Shown: positions 1 to 9,399, counted from the stretch's first letter. The stretch is 64,000 bases of DNA from a bacterium HR21 (GCA_002898295.1 BEHX01000001.1:265473-329472), one strand, 5' to 3'. The notes: generated by a model from the letters alone, not told the origin. A program made the numbers and translations.

Positions 1-190
1 GCACGTGCATATCGAAGAGTCCGGGGACCGCCAGGAGGGTCCGACCGTCTATGCGGTGTGTCTGCGGCTCAGCCGCAATGGGTTCAGGGCTGAGTGCTTC
101 AATGTACCCGTCTTTGAGCCACAGGAAGAAGCGCCCGTCAATGCCCTCTGCCGGATGGAGAATGCGAATTCCTTCGAAGAGCACGTTCAT
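1..190 (-). CDS. Amidohydrolase family protein, N-terminal fragment (dihydroorotase-like); gene continues beyond the window start
   Basis: Minus-strand ATG at 190..188 overlaps the rnhB stop (ATGA). My translation MNVLFEGIRILHPAEGIDGRFFLWLKDGYIEALSPEPIAAEPQTHRIDGRTLLAVPGLFDMHV ends in the amidohydrolase metal-binding D-x-H-V-H start motif typical of dihydroorotase/allantoinase. Confidence 0.55.
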   Translation of the reverse strand, partial: MNVLFEGIRILHPAEGIDGRFFLWLKDGYIEALSPEPIAAEPQTHRIDGRTLLAVPGLFDMHV

Positions 191-816
191 TGCTCCTCGG
201 TCAGCTGTTGTAGGCGACGCAGGAAGCTGCGACGGTGGAGGGCGCATGGACCGTGGCGGCGGAGAGCAGCCCAATGCTGCCGCGTGCCGTACCCCTTATG
301 GCGGGCAAATCCGTACTCGGGATAGCGCAGGTCGGCAACCTCGATCATCCAGCTATCCCGGGCAACCTTGGCCACGATGGAGGCCGCAGCGATGGAAAGA
401 CAGCGCTGGTCTCCATCCACCAGTGCCCGCCCCGGCAGGTCAATTGCTGGGAAGAGGGGACCGTCCACCAAGACGAAGTCCGGTCTGACCGATAGCCCTC
501 GGAGCGCCTGTTCCATTGCAAGCAGGGTTGCCCGGACGATGGTAAGGGTGTCAATCAGGACGGCATCAACCCAGCCGAGGGCATAAGCAACGGCATGCTG
601 CTGGAGGTAGCCGACCACGCGCTGGCGTTGTCCAGGAGTCAGCTCCTTGGAATCCCGCACGGGTAGAGCTGGCGTAAAGCCTGGCGGCAGAATGATCGCG
701 GCAGCCACCACCGGTCCAGCCAGCGCTCCACGCCCGACTTCGTCAACGCCAGCAACGTACTTCCCGCTGCGCCAGAAGGGCTCTTCGTAGATCGGCTGCA
801 AGCTATCGGACCACAT
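187..816 (-). CDS. rnhB: Ribonuclease HII
   Basis: ORF 187..936. The internal Met (MWSDSLQPIYEE...) is followed 22 aa later by the RNase HII active-site signature VAGVDEVGRGALAGPVV. Start trimmed to this Met; the longer N-extension is Ser/Arg-rich. Confidence 0.88.
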   Translation of the reverse strand: MWSDSLQPIYEEPFWRSGKYVAGVDEVGRGALAGPVVAAAIILPPGFTPALPVRDSKELTPGQRQRVVGYLQQHAVAYALGWVDAVLIDTLTIVRATLLAMEQALRGLSVRPDFVLVDGPLFPAIDLPGRALVDGDQRCLSIAAASIVAKVARDSWMIEVADLRYPEYGFARHKGYGTRQHWAALRRHGPCALHRRSFLRRLQQLTEEQ

Positions 817-1489
817 CGTGCTGCGGGACTTCGAGAGCCGCCAGGCGGAGGAACTCCGTGCGCAGCTGGGCATTCTCCGCCAGCTCTCCGCGCCAGGCAG
901 CGGTGACCATGACAGCTTGCTCCTGGTCCCCCTCAACCCCGCGGAGGATCATGCAGTAGTGCCGGCAGGCAAGCACTACCCCGAGCGCTCGCGGACGGAG
1001 CTTCTCGTGCAGGAAATCGGCAATTTGTTCTGTTAGCTCCTCTTGGACTTGTCCCCGCCGGCTGAACCACTCCACTACACGATTGAGCTTTGACAGCCCA
1101 ATGATGTGCTGGTCCGGCACGTACCCGATGGTGCACTGTCCGATGATTGGCTGCCAGTGGTGCGAGCACACCGACCGCACATCAATTCCCCGGCTCATGA
1201 CCAGCCCACTGACCTTCCGGCGGTTCGGGAAGACAGTGCAGCGCGGCGGCGGCTCGTAGCGCCCGCGGAAGAGTTCCCGTACCCACATGCGCGCAAGCCG
1301 CTTCGGGGTATCAGCGCTGTTCGGATCCGTCGGGTCAATACGCAAAACCCGCAGAATCGCCGCGAAGTGCTCCTCCAGAGCGGCTTCCATTTGTTGGAGC
1401 TCTTCGGGGCTCAGCCGGAGATTGCCGTTGGCATCGGCAAATCCCGGCGTTATCTCCCGGAGAGCCTGGCGACATCCATTCCCCTGCAT
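803..1489 (-). CDS. folE: GTP cyclohydrolase I
   Basis: FolE signature CSHHWQPIIG (CEHH-like zinc site) and the TPKRLARMW motif. Start ATG overlaps the upstream gene stop (ATGA at 1489). Confidence 0.88.
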   Translation of the reverse strand: MQGNGCRQALREITPGFADANGNLRLSPEELQQMEAALEEHFAAILRVLRIDPTDPNSADTPKRLARMWVRELFRGRYEPPPRCTVFPNRRKVSGLVMSRGIDVRSVCSHHWQPIIGQCTIGYVPDQHIIGLSKLNRVVEWFSRRGQVQEELTEQIADFLHEKLRPRALGVVLACRHYCMILRGVEGDQEQAVMVTAAWRGELAENAQLRTEFLRLAALEVPQHDVVR

Positions 1490-1956
1490 CAGGGACGCTC
1501 CTCTCTGAGTTGACCATGACGCATCACACCATTGCCCGTTAGCTCAACAGGCTCGCCGCGGTACTCCGCGTAGTTGTTCTCCGACTCATAGACCCGCACG
1601 GCATATAGCTTCCCTGCAGGCAGCTTCCCCTCCAGGATTTGCCAGAAGGCAATTGCAAGGTTCTCCACCGTAGGGTTGACCCCACGCAGGAAGTCCACGT
1701 CGTAATTGAGGTGCTTGTGGTCCACCTTGCTGAGAATCTCCTCTTCGAGCACCCGCGCCAGGAGCTTGAGATCAACGACATAGCCCGTCTCCGGGTCCGG
1801 GATGCCGGCAACTGTGACTTCCACAACGTAGTTGTGTCCATGCCCATGAGGATTGGCACATTTGTCGAAAACCGCCTGATTACGCTCCTCGGACCATTGC
1901 GGGTTATAGAGCCGATGAGCCGCCGAGAAACTCACGCGACGGGTGACGTAGACCAT
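1489..1956 (-). CDS. 6-pyruvoyl-/6-carboxy-tetrahydropterin synthase (PTPS/QueD family)
   Basis: Start MVYVTRRVSFSAAHRL and the CANPHGHGHNY zinc/catalytic motif are typical of PTPS/QueD. Adjacent and co-oriented with folE. Confidence 0.82.
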   Translation of the reverse strand: MVYVTRRVSFSAAHRLYNPQWSEERNQAVFDKCANPHGHGHNYVVEVTVAGIPDPETGYVVDLKLLARVLEEEILSKVDHKHLNYDVDFLRGVNPTVENLAIAFWQILEGKLPAGKLYAVRVYESENNYAEYRGEPVELTGNGVMRHGQLREERP

Positions 1957-2059
1957 CAGGGGCTCCGTTACCGACTACACGAACCATGCCCTGCGCCCAG
2001 CGCAATAGGCACTCGCGAAAATCGTAAAAAGCCAAAACCCCAGACGGGTTCCTTCCTCC

Positions 2060-2812
2060 ATGGGATGCCGCCTGCAGTTGGTAGTTTCGCTCAGCATCTG
2101 TGGGCTTCTCGGTTGTGCGAGCCCGCAGCGCCTCGTCCAAGCTCCTGATGCTGCTACCCTCCACGCCTTTCTCCAGCAGTTCCGGACAGAGCGGCTCAAG
2201 GAGCCACCGGTTGTTGTGCTGAGCGCTGAAATGACCGTTTCCGGGATTGCTTTCCCGGTTTCCTGCCGGGCAGAAATTGCAGGGAGTGACTCGCTCTATG
2301 CCGAGCTCTGGGGACCTCTAGGCTTTGCTCTTGGGCAGCTGCGGGCAACGCCGGAGACACTAACCTACTACGATGCACTCCGGAACCTGCTCGTTGAGTC
2401 CCGACCACGCCCGGAGTTTCTACAGAAGATGCTTGGGGTGCCGCTGACCTACGGAACCCTCCTGGCACTGCTCCGCCAGCGCCCTCCCCTGCCGGAAGTG
2501 CCCGAGGCAGTGTCCTGGGATTCCTCCCGCGCTCTGCTTATCCTCCAGGACACGGGAGGGAACCGCCTTGAGTTCCGTTTTCCCCAAAGGGAGCTCCATG
2601 CCTACGAAGCTCGGCTTTCCCCGGAGAGCACCATCCGGGTGACGTACTCGGATTGGCAGACTGCCTTTCCTGCGTACGCCCGAGTAGTGCAGCTGAGAAC
2701 ACCCCGCATCACGCTCATCTGTCGCGTCCAGGAGTTCGGTTTCCGTCAGAGACCTTCGGGACCGTATGTGCTTGCGGTTCCCTCGGATGCAACCCGCGTT
2801 GTCCTGGAATAA
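2060..2812 (+). CDS. Outer-membrane lipoprotein of unknown function (DUF4292/LolB-like size; candidate LptE analogue)
   Basis: Signal peptide with lipobox LLGCASP and no enzymatic motifs. The 3' end overlaps the lptD start. Confidence 0.45.
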   Translation: MGCRLQLVVSLSICGLLGCASPQRLVQAPDAATLHAFLQQFRTERLKEPPVVVLSAEMTVSGIAFPVSCRAEIAGSDSLYAELWGPLGFALGQLRATPETLTYYDALRNLLVESRPRPEFLQKMLGVPLTYGTLLALLRQRPPLPEVPEAVSWDSSRALLILQDTGGNRLEFRFPQRELHAYEARLSPESTIRVTYSDWQTAFPAYARVVQLRTPRITLICRVQEFGFRQRPSGPYVLAVPSDATRVVLE

Positions 2813-5366
2813 GCTCCTGAGCGGCTTTGTGGTGAGCCTCTTCCTTGCAGCCGCTGCCGCCGCTCAGGTAGAGGTCCGCACCGGACCGAAATCCCCCGGC
2901 GGAGCACTGCCACACCAAGCCCCTCCTTCAGCGGAGGATAGCGCTTCTGCCCGAATCCCCCTGACTTTTCCAGCGGCGGTGTCAGACACCGTTCACCCCC
3001 CACTCCGGCAGGATGCTGCTGAGCTTCAAGAGCGCTCAGGACGCGGGATCGACACTGTTGTGACCTTTGCTGCTCGGGATACCATGCTCTTCACCGCCTC
3101 TGAGCGTCGGCTGCGCCTCCGCGGACATGCACGCCTCCAGTTTCGGAATCAAGAGCTCACAGCCGAGGTCATCGAACTCTGGCTGGAGACGGCGGAGTTG
3201 ACCGCGGAAGGGACTCCCGAGAGAGGCTCCCAGGCGGGGACTCCGATCTTCCGAGAAGGCACGGAAGAGTACCGTGGCGAACGTTTCCGGTATAGCTTCC
3301 GAACACGACGCGGGGTAGTCACCGGGGTTACAACACAGCTAGGGGAAGGCTTCTACTCCGGGCAACGCCTCAAGCAGGTGGTACCCGGGATTTTCTATGT
3401 CCAAAACGGCTGCTACACGACGTGCGATCACACCCCGCCGCACTTCCGGTTCTGCGCCTCGCAGATGAAGCTCCGCGCGGGGGATCGGCTCTTTACCAAT
3501 GCGTTGACGCTCTACGTCGAAGAGGTCCCGCTGTTCTTCTTTCCCTTCGGCCTCTTTTTCCCCAACCGAGGCGGGCGCCAATCGGGGATATTGACGCCGT
3601 CGTTTTTCTTCTCTGCAGGCGGCGGTGTGGTGCTGGAGAACCTCGGCTACTTCCTGGCACCGAGCGAGTACTGGGACGCCCAATTTCGCGTGACGCTCCG
3701 GACCCGACAGGGTGCTGTCTTCCACACACTCCTCCGTTATGCCGTCCGCGGTTGGATAGACGGCTCTGCCGAGCTGAGCGGAGGTTGGACGCGTTTGGAT
3801 TTGGATTCCCCCTTGCAGCCGCAATGGAACATCGCTTGGAGGCACCGTCAGCGGATTACTCCGCAATGGGATGTGCAGGTCAATCTCCAGCTCAGCTCCC
3901 CGGAGTACTTCCGGCAGGTTGTCACCGACATTCGGCAGCGTGTGCTGGGAAGCCTACTTTCGACATTCGGCAGCAGTTACATCTTCGAGTCTGGAGCGTC
4001 GCTCTCGCTTGCTGCCCAGCGGGAACAGAACCTGCTCACTGGCACCCACTCCGGCACACTCCCGCAGCTTACCCTGACGCTCCCAACCTGGATGCCGCTG
4101 GGACGTTGGTATGCTCTGCCGGAGTGGCTTCGCCAGCTGCAGCTTGACTACACCGCAACGGCGCTCTGGAGCTACCGTCGCAGCGACGATGGGACCTTCT
4201 CGCATCAGAGCTTCCTCCGCCACGTACCCTCTGTGCGCGTCAGCCCAAAGCTGGGATTTGTGACGCTGACGCCAACGATGAGCTACCAGGAACGCTGGTA
4301 CTTCCGCCAACTGCGGCAGTGGATGCACCCGGAGGATTCCACACTTGTCCAGGAGCGCTCGGCAGGTTTTTTCCGGGAGTACAGCTACAGCATCGGCGTG
4401 AGCCTCAGCACCCGGCTCTACGGGATTGCCGCCCTCCCCGTCGCTCTCGGGGTCCAGGCATTCCGGCACGTACTGCAGCCGACTGTGACGCTCTCCTATA
4501 CGCCCTCCTTCCCGCAATTCTACGCCTCATACACCGACTACCGCAGTGGACAGGTGGTCAACTACAGCCGCTTCGCGCTCGACGGGGGCGGCTTTGCTCC
4601 GCGGCAGCGGCAGCTACGCCTGGACTACCGGCTGCTGAACAGCTTTGAGCTCAAGCCAGTGCCAAGAGATACTGCTGCTGTGCTGCCCTTCGAAGTGTTC
4701 CGCCTCTCCCTTGCTGGGAGCTATAACCCTCTGGCAGATTCCCTCCGGCTCGGCGACCTCAGCTTCGACTTCTCGATCCCTGCCTTGCAACGCATTCGGC
4801 TTCAAGGGACTGGGACAGCAACCTTCTACTCGGAAGTGCCCGCTGCGACGCAGGGAGGACTCGTCTGGCGCCGCGTCAATCGGTTGCGGATTGCCGATGG
4901 ACTCTTTCCTCTCCGGCTGACGAGCTTCCGGCTGCAAGCAGATTTCGATGGAGGTGGGACCGTTCGCCTTCCGAGCTCTCCCCTGAAGGATTCAACGACG
5001 GCGGACTTCTTCGGAGAATACCCTACTCCGCTTGCGCTCCCTCCGCTGGATTGGCACTACCGGGTTAGCGCGAGCCTGCGCTACGAAGAGCCTACGCGCG
5101 GACAGATCGTGCGGGGGATTGACCTGCTGCTCGGGATTGGGCTCCGCCTCGGGGGCTGGAATCTCCAAGCCAATGCCAATCTGGACGTGCTGCAAGGTCA
5201 GCTGATCACGCCAGCGGTCTCGCTCGTACGCGATCTCCACTGCTGGGAGTTGCGGCTGGAATGGTACCCCCTTGGCACTTTCCGGGGATACTGGCTGCGC
5301 TTTTCTCCGAAAGCCTCTACCTTGCGGGACCTGAAGTACGAGGAGAAAACTATCCCGGGCTTGTAA
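2787..5366 (+). CDS. lptD: LPS-assembly protein LptD (OstA family)
   Basis: Signal peptide, an N-terminal OstA-like beta-jellyroll, and the conserved LptD core NGCYTTCDHTPPHFRF ... VPLFFFPFGLFFPNRGGRQSGILTPSF ... PSEYWDAQF. Followed by a long barrel region. Confidence 0.78.
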   Translation: MQPALSWNKLLSGFVVSLFLAAAAAAQVEVRTGPKSPGGALPHQAPPSAEDSASARIPLTFPAAVSDTVHPPLRQDAAELQERSGRGIDTVVTFAARDTMLFTASERRLRLRGHARLQFRNQELTAEVIELWLETAELTAEGTPERGSQAGTPIFREGTEEYRGERFRYSFRTRRGVVTGVTTQLGEGFYSGQRLKQVVPGIFYVQNGCYTTCDHTPPHFRFCASQMKLRAGDRLFTNALTLYVEEVPLFFFPFGLFFPNRGGRQSGILTPSFFFSAGGGVVLENLGYFLAPSEYWDAQFRVTLRTRQGAVFHTLLRYAVRGWIDGSAELSGGWTRLDLDSPLQPQWNIAWRHRQRITPQWDVQVNLQLSSPEYFRQVVTDIRQRVLGSLLSTFGSSYIFESGASLSLAAQREQNLLTGTHSGTLPQLTLTLPTWMPLGRWYALPEWLRQLQLDYTATALWSYRRSDDGTFSHQSFLRHVPSVRVSPKLGFVTLTPTMSYQERWYFRQLRQWMHPEDSTLVQERSAGFFREYSYSIGVSLSTRLYGIAALPVALGVQAFRHVLQPTVTLSYTPSFPQFYASYTDYRSGQVVNYSRFALDGGGFAPRQRQLRLDYRLLNSFELKPVPRDTAAVLPFEVFRLSLAGSYNPLADSLRLGDLSFDFSIPALQRIRLQGTGTATFYSEVPAATQGGLVWRRVNRLRIADGLFPLRLTSFRLQADFDGGGTVRLPSSPLKDSTTADFFGEYPTPLALPPLDWHYRVSASLRYEEPTRGQIVRGIDLLLGIGLRLGGWNLQANANLDVLQGQLITPAVSLVRDLHCWELRLEWYPLGTFRGYWLRFSPKASTLRDLKYEEKTIPGL

Positions 5367-5372
5367 GGCTTT

Positions 5373-7184
5373 TCAAGGCTTCCGGAGCTGGAGCGAAAAC
5401 CAGGGGAACACATGCCAGCGAGAGCTCTGCCCCGTATGCCGGAGCTCATACCAGCCAGATGCGAGAATGCTCCCATAGGCGGTTGGTACTTCTATCCGCA
5501 CCTGAGGTCCGATGCCAATCTGGTGAGAGAGCACGCCGAGCCGCACATCGGAGTAGCGGAAGGAGCTTGCCCGTACCCCGATTCCCCAGACTCGCTCTCC
5601 GTGCTGGCGGCTGAGGAGGAAAGCAGCACTGAACTCTTGGGTCGTACTCTGGGGCTGCTCAGCGAACTGGCGCCAGTAGAAGAGCCCCACGCGATTGACC
5701 CGTCCGGAAAGCAGCAGCTCCCCTCCCCAGCCTGGAGTGAGGCGGAAGGTAAGGCTATCTCGATATGCCCACTGTCGGAGCGCGAGGTCCTGCAGGACGC
5801 TCGTGTACGGATAATCGCGGACGGTGTAACTGGCGAGGATCTCCCACTGTGGATTCCAGGAGCTATGTGTCCCCCGCCAGTGTGCCTCCCAACGGAGAGC
5901 CAGAACATAGAGTCGATGGTTCCATGCGCTCCGCAGCGCGTGGAGGAACACCGTGTGACGCCTTTGAAATTCAAGAGTTGCCCGAATGCTCGACCCTGGA
6001 CGCCAGGAGCGGCGGTACTGGATGAGAGCTCCACCGTGCTGTTCGTCGCGGTCATCGCTGTTCTGCGGGCTGGGGGTGTCGTAGCGCAGGATCCCCAGGA
6101 GAGTAGAGAGTGCGAGTGTATCGCGCGGCGAGAGTCCGAGATCTGCCCGGGCTGAAAGCTGTGACCAGAGAGTGCTGTATTCTTGGAGCGCCAGCTGTGC
6201 GCGTCGCTGCTGGAGTTCGGGAGAGAGGATGAGGTTCCCCGGGATGTCTGCCCGGTAGGCTTCTTCAGCATAGCGGAGGGTGAATTCGAGCTGGAAAGTC
6301 CCCAGCGGTGGAGTCCAGTAGAGGGAGCTTCCCAGCTCTCCGGCAAGCCGTATGGATCGAAGCGGGAGGCTATCAGGGTACGGCTGAACGCGACCTTGCC
6401 AAACATTGATGTGTGTCGCGGCAAGGGCAATCTGCCCAGAGAGCGTCGGAGCAAACGGTTCGGTAATCCGTACTGTCCCCGAGGCAGTCTGTTCCCGCCT
6501 GCGCTGAAACTCTGCGCCAATCCCCGGGAAGTCCTGCGAGACGAGCCGGTAAGTACCGCGGAGGAGTGTATCCGCGGAAGACCCACCCCATGCTACTTGT
6601 GCAGCCACGTCGTACCACTGCCGCCACCCACGGAAGCGCGTGCCCTCTGCGGAAAACCGGGCAGAGAGAGGAAACCGCTCTGGAGCCCAGGAAGCTGCTA
6701 CTGCTCCGCTCCACCCCTGATTGTGTACAGAAACCTGGCGAAGACTTTCCCAGCCGATCTCCGTGAGTACCGCCGCATGCGGGAGCCGATATCCTATCCC
6801 GAAGAGTAAACGCCCGCGAATCCGCTCCGAGCTGGGAATCCGGGCGTCCTGAAAGAAGTCTCCAGAGAGGCGCCCACGTATCATCCACGATGCCGCGAGA
6901 GGGAGAGTGGAGCGCACTTCCCCCTGAGCTTCGTTTCGGAAACTTGCCCGGTAAGGTTCTTCGGAGAAAGCGCTGTACGTCAGGCGCAGAGCAAGTGAAT
7001 CAGAACCTAGCACAAAGTTGTGCCCTACGAGGGCATCCCAGCGTGCTAGCGGCTGTTGGTACCAAACCCCCCAGAGGAGCGACTCTTGAGCAGGAAGCGG
7101 GAGTGTGAGGAGGGAGAGGAGGAGTGTGGGGAGGCTTTTCTGTTTGGGGTTTTCTTTGTGGGGGGTTGTGTAGGGGTGTGTCAT
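5373..7184 (-). CDS. Hypothetical outer-membrane beta-barrel protein
   Basis: ORF 5373..7199; probable start is the ATG at 7184 (MTHPYTTPHKENPKQKSLPTLLLSLLTLPLPAQE signal). Alternating aromatic/hydrophobic beta-strand pattern; no recognised catalytic motif. Confidence 0.45.
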   Translation of the reverse strand: MTHPYTTPHKENPKQKSLPTLLLSLLTLPLPAQESLLWGVWYQQPLARWDALVGHNFVLGSDSLALRLTYSAFSEEPYRASFRNEAQGEVRSTLPLAASWMIRGRLSGDFFQDARIPSSERIRGRLLFGIGYRLPHAAVLTEIGWESLRQVSVHNQGWSGAVAASWAPERFPLSARFSAEGTRFRGWRQWYDVAAQVAWGGSSADTLLRGTYRLVSQDFPGIGAEFQRRREQTASGTVRITEPFAPTLSGQIALAATHINVWQGRVQPYPDSLPLRSIRLAGELGSSLYWTPPLGTFQLEFTLRYAEEAYRADIPGNLILSPELQQRRAQLALQEYSTLWSQLSARADLGLSPRDTLALSTLLGILRYDTPSPQNSDDRDEQHGGALIQYRRSWRPGSSIRATLEFQRRHTVFLHALRSAWNHRLYVLALRWEAHWRGTHSSWNPQWEILASYTVRDYPYTSVLQDLALRQWAYRDSLTFRLTPGWGGELLLSGRVNRVGLFYWRQFAEQPQSTTQEFSAAFLLSRQHGERVWGIGVRASSFRYSDVRLGVLSHQIGIGPQVRIEVPTAYGSILASGWYELRHTGQSSRWHVFPWFSLQLRKP

Positions 7185-7197
7185 TTGCAATAACGGC
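7185..7197 (-). repeat. Copy 1 of recurrent 13-nt motif GCCGTTATTGCAA (minus-strand orientation), immediately 5' of the OM-protein start codon
   Basis: Exact 13-mer TTGCAATAACGGC on the plus strand, preceded on the plus strand by a G/T-rich tract (7141..7183). Identical 13-mers occur at 21513..21525 and 23477..23489. Confidence 0.6.
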
Positions 7198-7211
7198 AAA
7201 ATTTCCCCACC

Positions 7212-8267
7212 TTACTCCCGCAACCGTGGGTCCAACGCATCCCGCAGCGCATCCCCAATGAGATTGTACGCCGCCACCGTCAGGAAAATCATCATCCCCG
7301 GAAACACAACCATCCACCACGTCGTCACCGTTCCCCGCGCCTTGGCAAGCATTGAGCCCCAGGTCACCACCGTCGGTGGTACCCCGAAGCCCAAGAAGCT
7401 CAGTGCCGATTCAATCAACACGGCATTGGCAATGCCAAATGCTGCTGCGACCAGAACCGGCGCCAGAGCGTTCGGCAGAACATGCCGGAAGATAATCCGA
7501 CCGGTTGAATACCCCAGTGCCTGTGCCGCTGTGACGTATTCCATTGCCCGAACACGGAGCACCTCCCCGCGTACAAAACGCGCTACCCCTGTCCAGCCCG
7601 TTACCCCAATCATCGCCATAATGAGCCAGATGCTGCCCTGCTGCACCATCGCTACCACGGTGATGATGAGGAAAAACGTCGGCAATGTCAGCACCAGCTC
7701 AATGAGCCGTGAAATCACGATGTCCACTATCCCGCCGTAGTACCCTGCCAAGGCTCCCAGGAAAATCCCGATTGCCAAAGCAATGCCCATGGCGATAAAG
7801 CCGATCGAGAGCGCGTAGCGTGTCCCGTGGAGAATGCCTGCCAGCACATCCCGTCCAATCTCATCGGTCCCGAGCCAATGCTTCGGCGATGGGCGCCGGT
7901 CACGCAGCGTCTGCAACGTCGGGTCTGTCGTCTCTGGCCGATACGGCACCGGGGGCCAGAGCGCCCAATCGTACTGCAGCCGCTTCCAGTCTACCTGCGC
8001 CCACTGCCCCCACGAGTCTAGCCCAAGCCCGACAGCATACTGCTTGAGCACTGGGAAGATCAGCTCGCCGCGGACTGATGCCACAATCGGTTTGTCATTG
8101 GCGAGGAAATCCGCCAGCACGGCAATCACCGCCAGCAGCCCGACAAATCCCAGCGAGACCATCCCCAGGGGATTGCGCCGGAACTGCCGCCACACCATAC
8201 GCCCATACGACTCCCCATGCTCGGCAACAGGCGGGATCTCGACAGAGCCCGGGACCATTGCCATCAC
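7212..8267 (-). CDS. Oligopeptide/dipeptide ABC transporter permease (OppC/DppC-like)
   Basis: Multi-TM protein with the OppC-type N-terminus (WRQFRRNPLGMVSLGFVGLLAVIAVLADF) and an EAA-like permease loop. Confidence 0.8.
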   Translation of the reverse strand: MMAMVPGSVEIPPVAEHGESYGRMVWRQFRRNPLGMVSLGFVGLLAVIAVLADFLANDKPIVASVRGELIFPVLKQYAVGLGLDSWGQWAQVDWKRLQYDWALWPPVPYRPETTDPTLQTLRDRRPSPKHWLGTDEIGRDVLAGILHGTRYALSIGFIAMGIALAIGIFLGALAGYYGGIVDIVISRLIELVLTLPTFFLIITVVAMVQQGSIWLIMAMIGVTGWTGVARFVRGEVLRVRAMEYVTAAQALGYSTGRIIFRHVLPNALAPVLVAAAFGIANAVLIESALSFLGFGVPPTVVTWGSMLAKARGTVTTWWMVVFPGMMIFLTVAAYNLIGDALRDALDPRLRE

Positions 8268-9280
8268 TCCGTCCTCCGCGCAAAGCTGATACGAGGATCC
8301 ACAACGGCGTAGAGGATGTCCGCAAGGAGAATCCCGACCAGCGTCAGGAGTGCCGACAATGTGAAGATTGCCATGATGACCGGGTAATCCCGTGCCACCA
8401 GTGCCCGGAACGAGAGCTCACCCATCCCGGGGATACTGAAGATGGTCTCCACAATGACGCTCCCTCCAATCAAGGCGGGCAGAACACCCGCCAGCAGCGT
8501 GATGATAGGGATCAGCGAGTTACGCAACGCGTGTTTCCAAATCACAACCCGTTCCGGCAATCCCTTGGCGTACGCCGTGCGCACGTAATCCTGGCGGAGG
8601 ACCTCCAGCATCGCACTGCGCATCTGCCGGGAGATGAAGGCGAAACTGCTGTACGTGTAAACCAGCATCGGGAGCGTCAGATGCCAGACATAGTCAGCTA
8701 TCCGCCGCCATAGACTCCACTGCTCCGAGGCAAACACCGATCGAATCCCCCCGGTGGGAAACAGCGCCAGGTACTCTGGATTGCAGAGAAACGTGATCGC
8801 CAGCATCCCAACCCAGAAAGTCGGGAGCGAGTAGAGGGCAAACAGGAGCAGAGCCGTGAGGCGATCACCCAGAGTCCCCGCATGGGTTGCCGAGTATACC
8901 CCGAGCGGAATAGCAATCCCATAAGCGAGGAGCACAGCCACAAGGTTCATCGCCAACGTGATGGGAAGCCGTTCGAGAATCTTCTCCATCACCGGGCGAT
9001 TGTCTTGAAAGGAGCGTCCGAAATCGAGCCGGACAAGATCACGCAACCAAAACAGGTACTGTTGCCAGAGCGGCTTGTCCAAATGCCACTGCCGGCGCAG
9101 GAGTTCCAACGTCCGCTCGTTGAGCCCCGTCCGACCGGTAATGCCTCCCTCAGCGGTGACCCCAACTTTGAGCGCTGCCGGGTCCCCCGGCGCCAAACGA
9201 CTCACCGCGAAAGACAGCACCGTGATGAAGAACAACGTCGGGATGAAGAGGAGAATCCGTTGCAGGACGTACTTTGCCAT
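8264..9280 (-). CDS. Oligopeptide/dipeptide ABC transporter permease (OppB/DppB-like)
   Basis: N-terminus MAKYVLQRILLFIPTLFFITVLSFAVSRLAPGDPA is the canonical OppB/DppB start. Overlaps the oppC-like start by 4 nt. Confidence 0.82.
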   Translation of the reverse strand: MAKYVLQRILLFIPTLFFITVLSFAVSRLAPGDPAALKVGVTAEGGITGRTGLNERTLELLRRQWHLDKPLWQQYLFWLRDLVRLDFGRSFQDNRPVMEKILERLPITLAMNLVAVLLAYGIAIPLGVYSATHAGTLGDRLTALLLFALYSLPTFWVGMLAITFLCNPEYLALFPTGGIRSVFASEQWSLWRRIADYVWHLTLPMLVYTYSSFAFISRQMRSAMLEVLRQDYVRTAYAKGLPERVVIWKHALRNSLIPIITLLAGVLPALIGGSVIVETIFSIPGMGELSFRALVARDYPVIMAIFTLSALLTLVGILLADILYAVVDPRISFARRTE

Positions 9281-9310
9281 GAGCCAACCTCTTCGGGAGT
9301 GCTCAAGGAG

Positions 9311-9318
9311 CCAAAATT
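9311..9318 (-). promoter_or_regulatory. Candidate Bacteroidetes-type -7 promoter element (TAnnTTTG) for the opp permease operon
   Basis: Minus-strand reading CTTTGTAATTTTGG about 30 nt upstream of the oppB-like ATG (9280), with a GAAGAGG SD-like element before the ATG. Weak evidence. Confidence 0.2.
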
Positions 9319-9399
9319 ACAAAGCTCCCCCTCCTTGGCTGTCCATACCGAAAGCCGTAGTTTTGCGTGCGTGTCAGTAGACCTGCTTACCCGTCGAAC

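Noticed and set aside
5412-6586. Overlapping ORFs 5412..6155 (+), 5492..6586 (-), 6183..6809 (+) within the OM-protein gene region
   Set aside because: No motifs and biased low-complexity composition. They lie inside or antisense to the 5373..7184 ORF, which has a signal peptide and beta-barrel-like periodicity.
9281-9399. Possible small RNA or riboswitch in the divergent oppB / rpmB intergenic region (imperfect hairpin CAAGGAG...CTCCTTG)
   Set aside because: The stem is only 7 bp with a 25-nt loop, and no conserved riboswitch or leader motif is recognisable. More likely it just contains the two divergent promoters.
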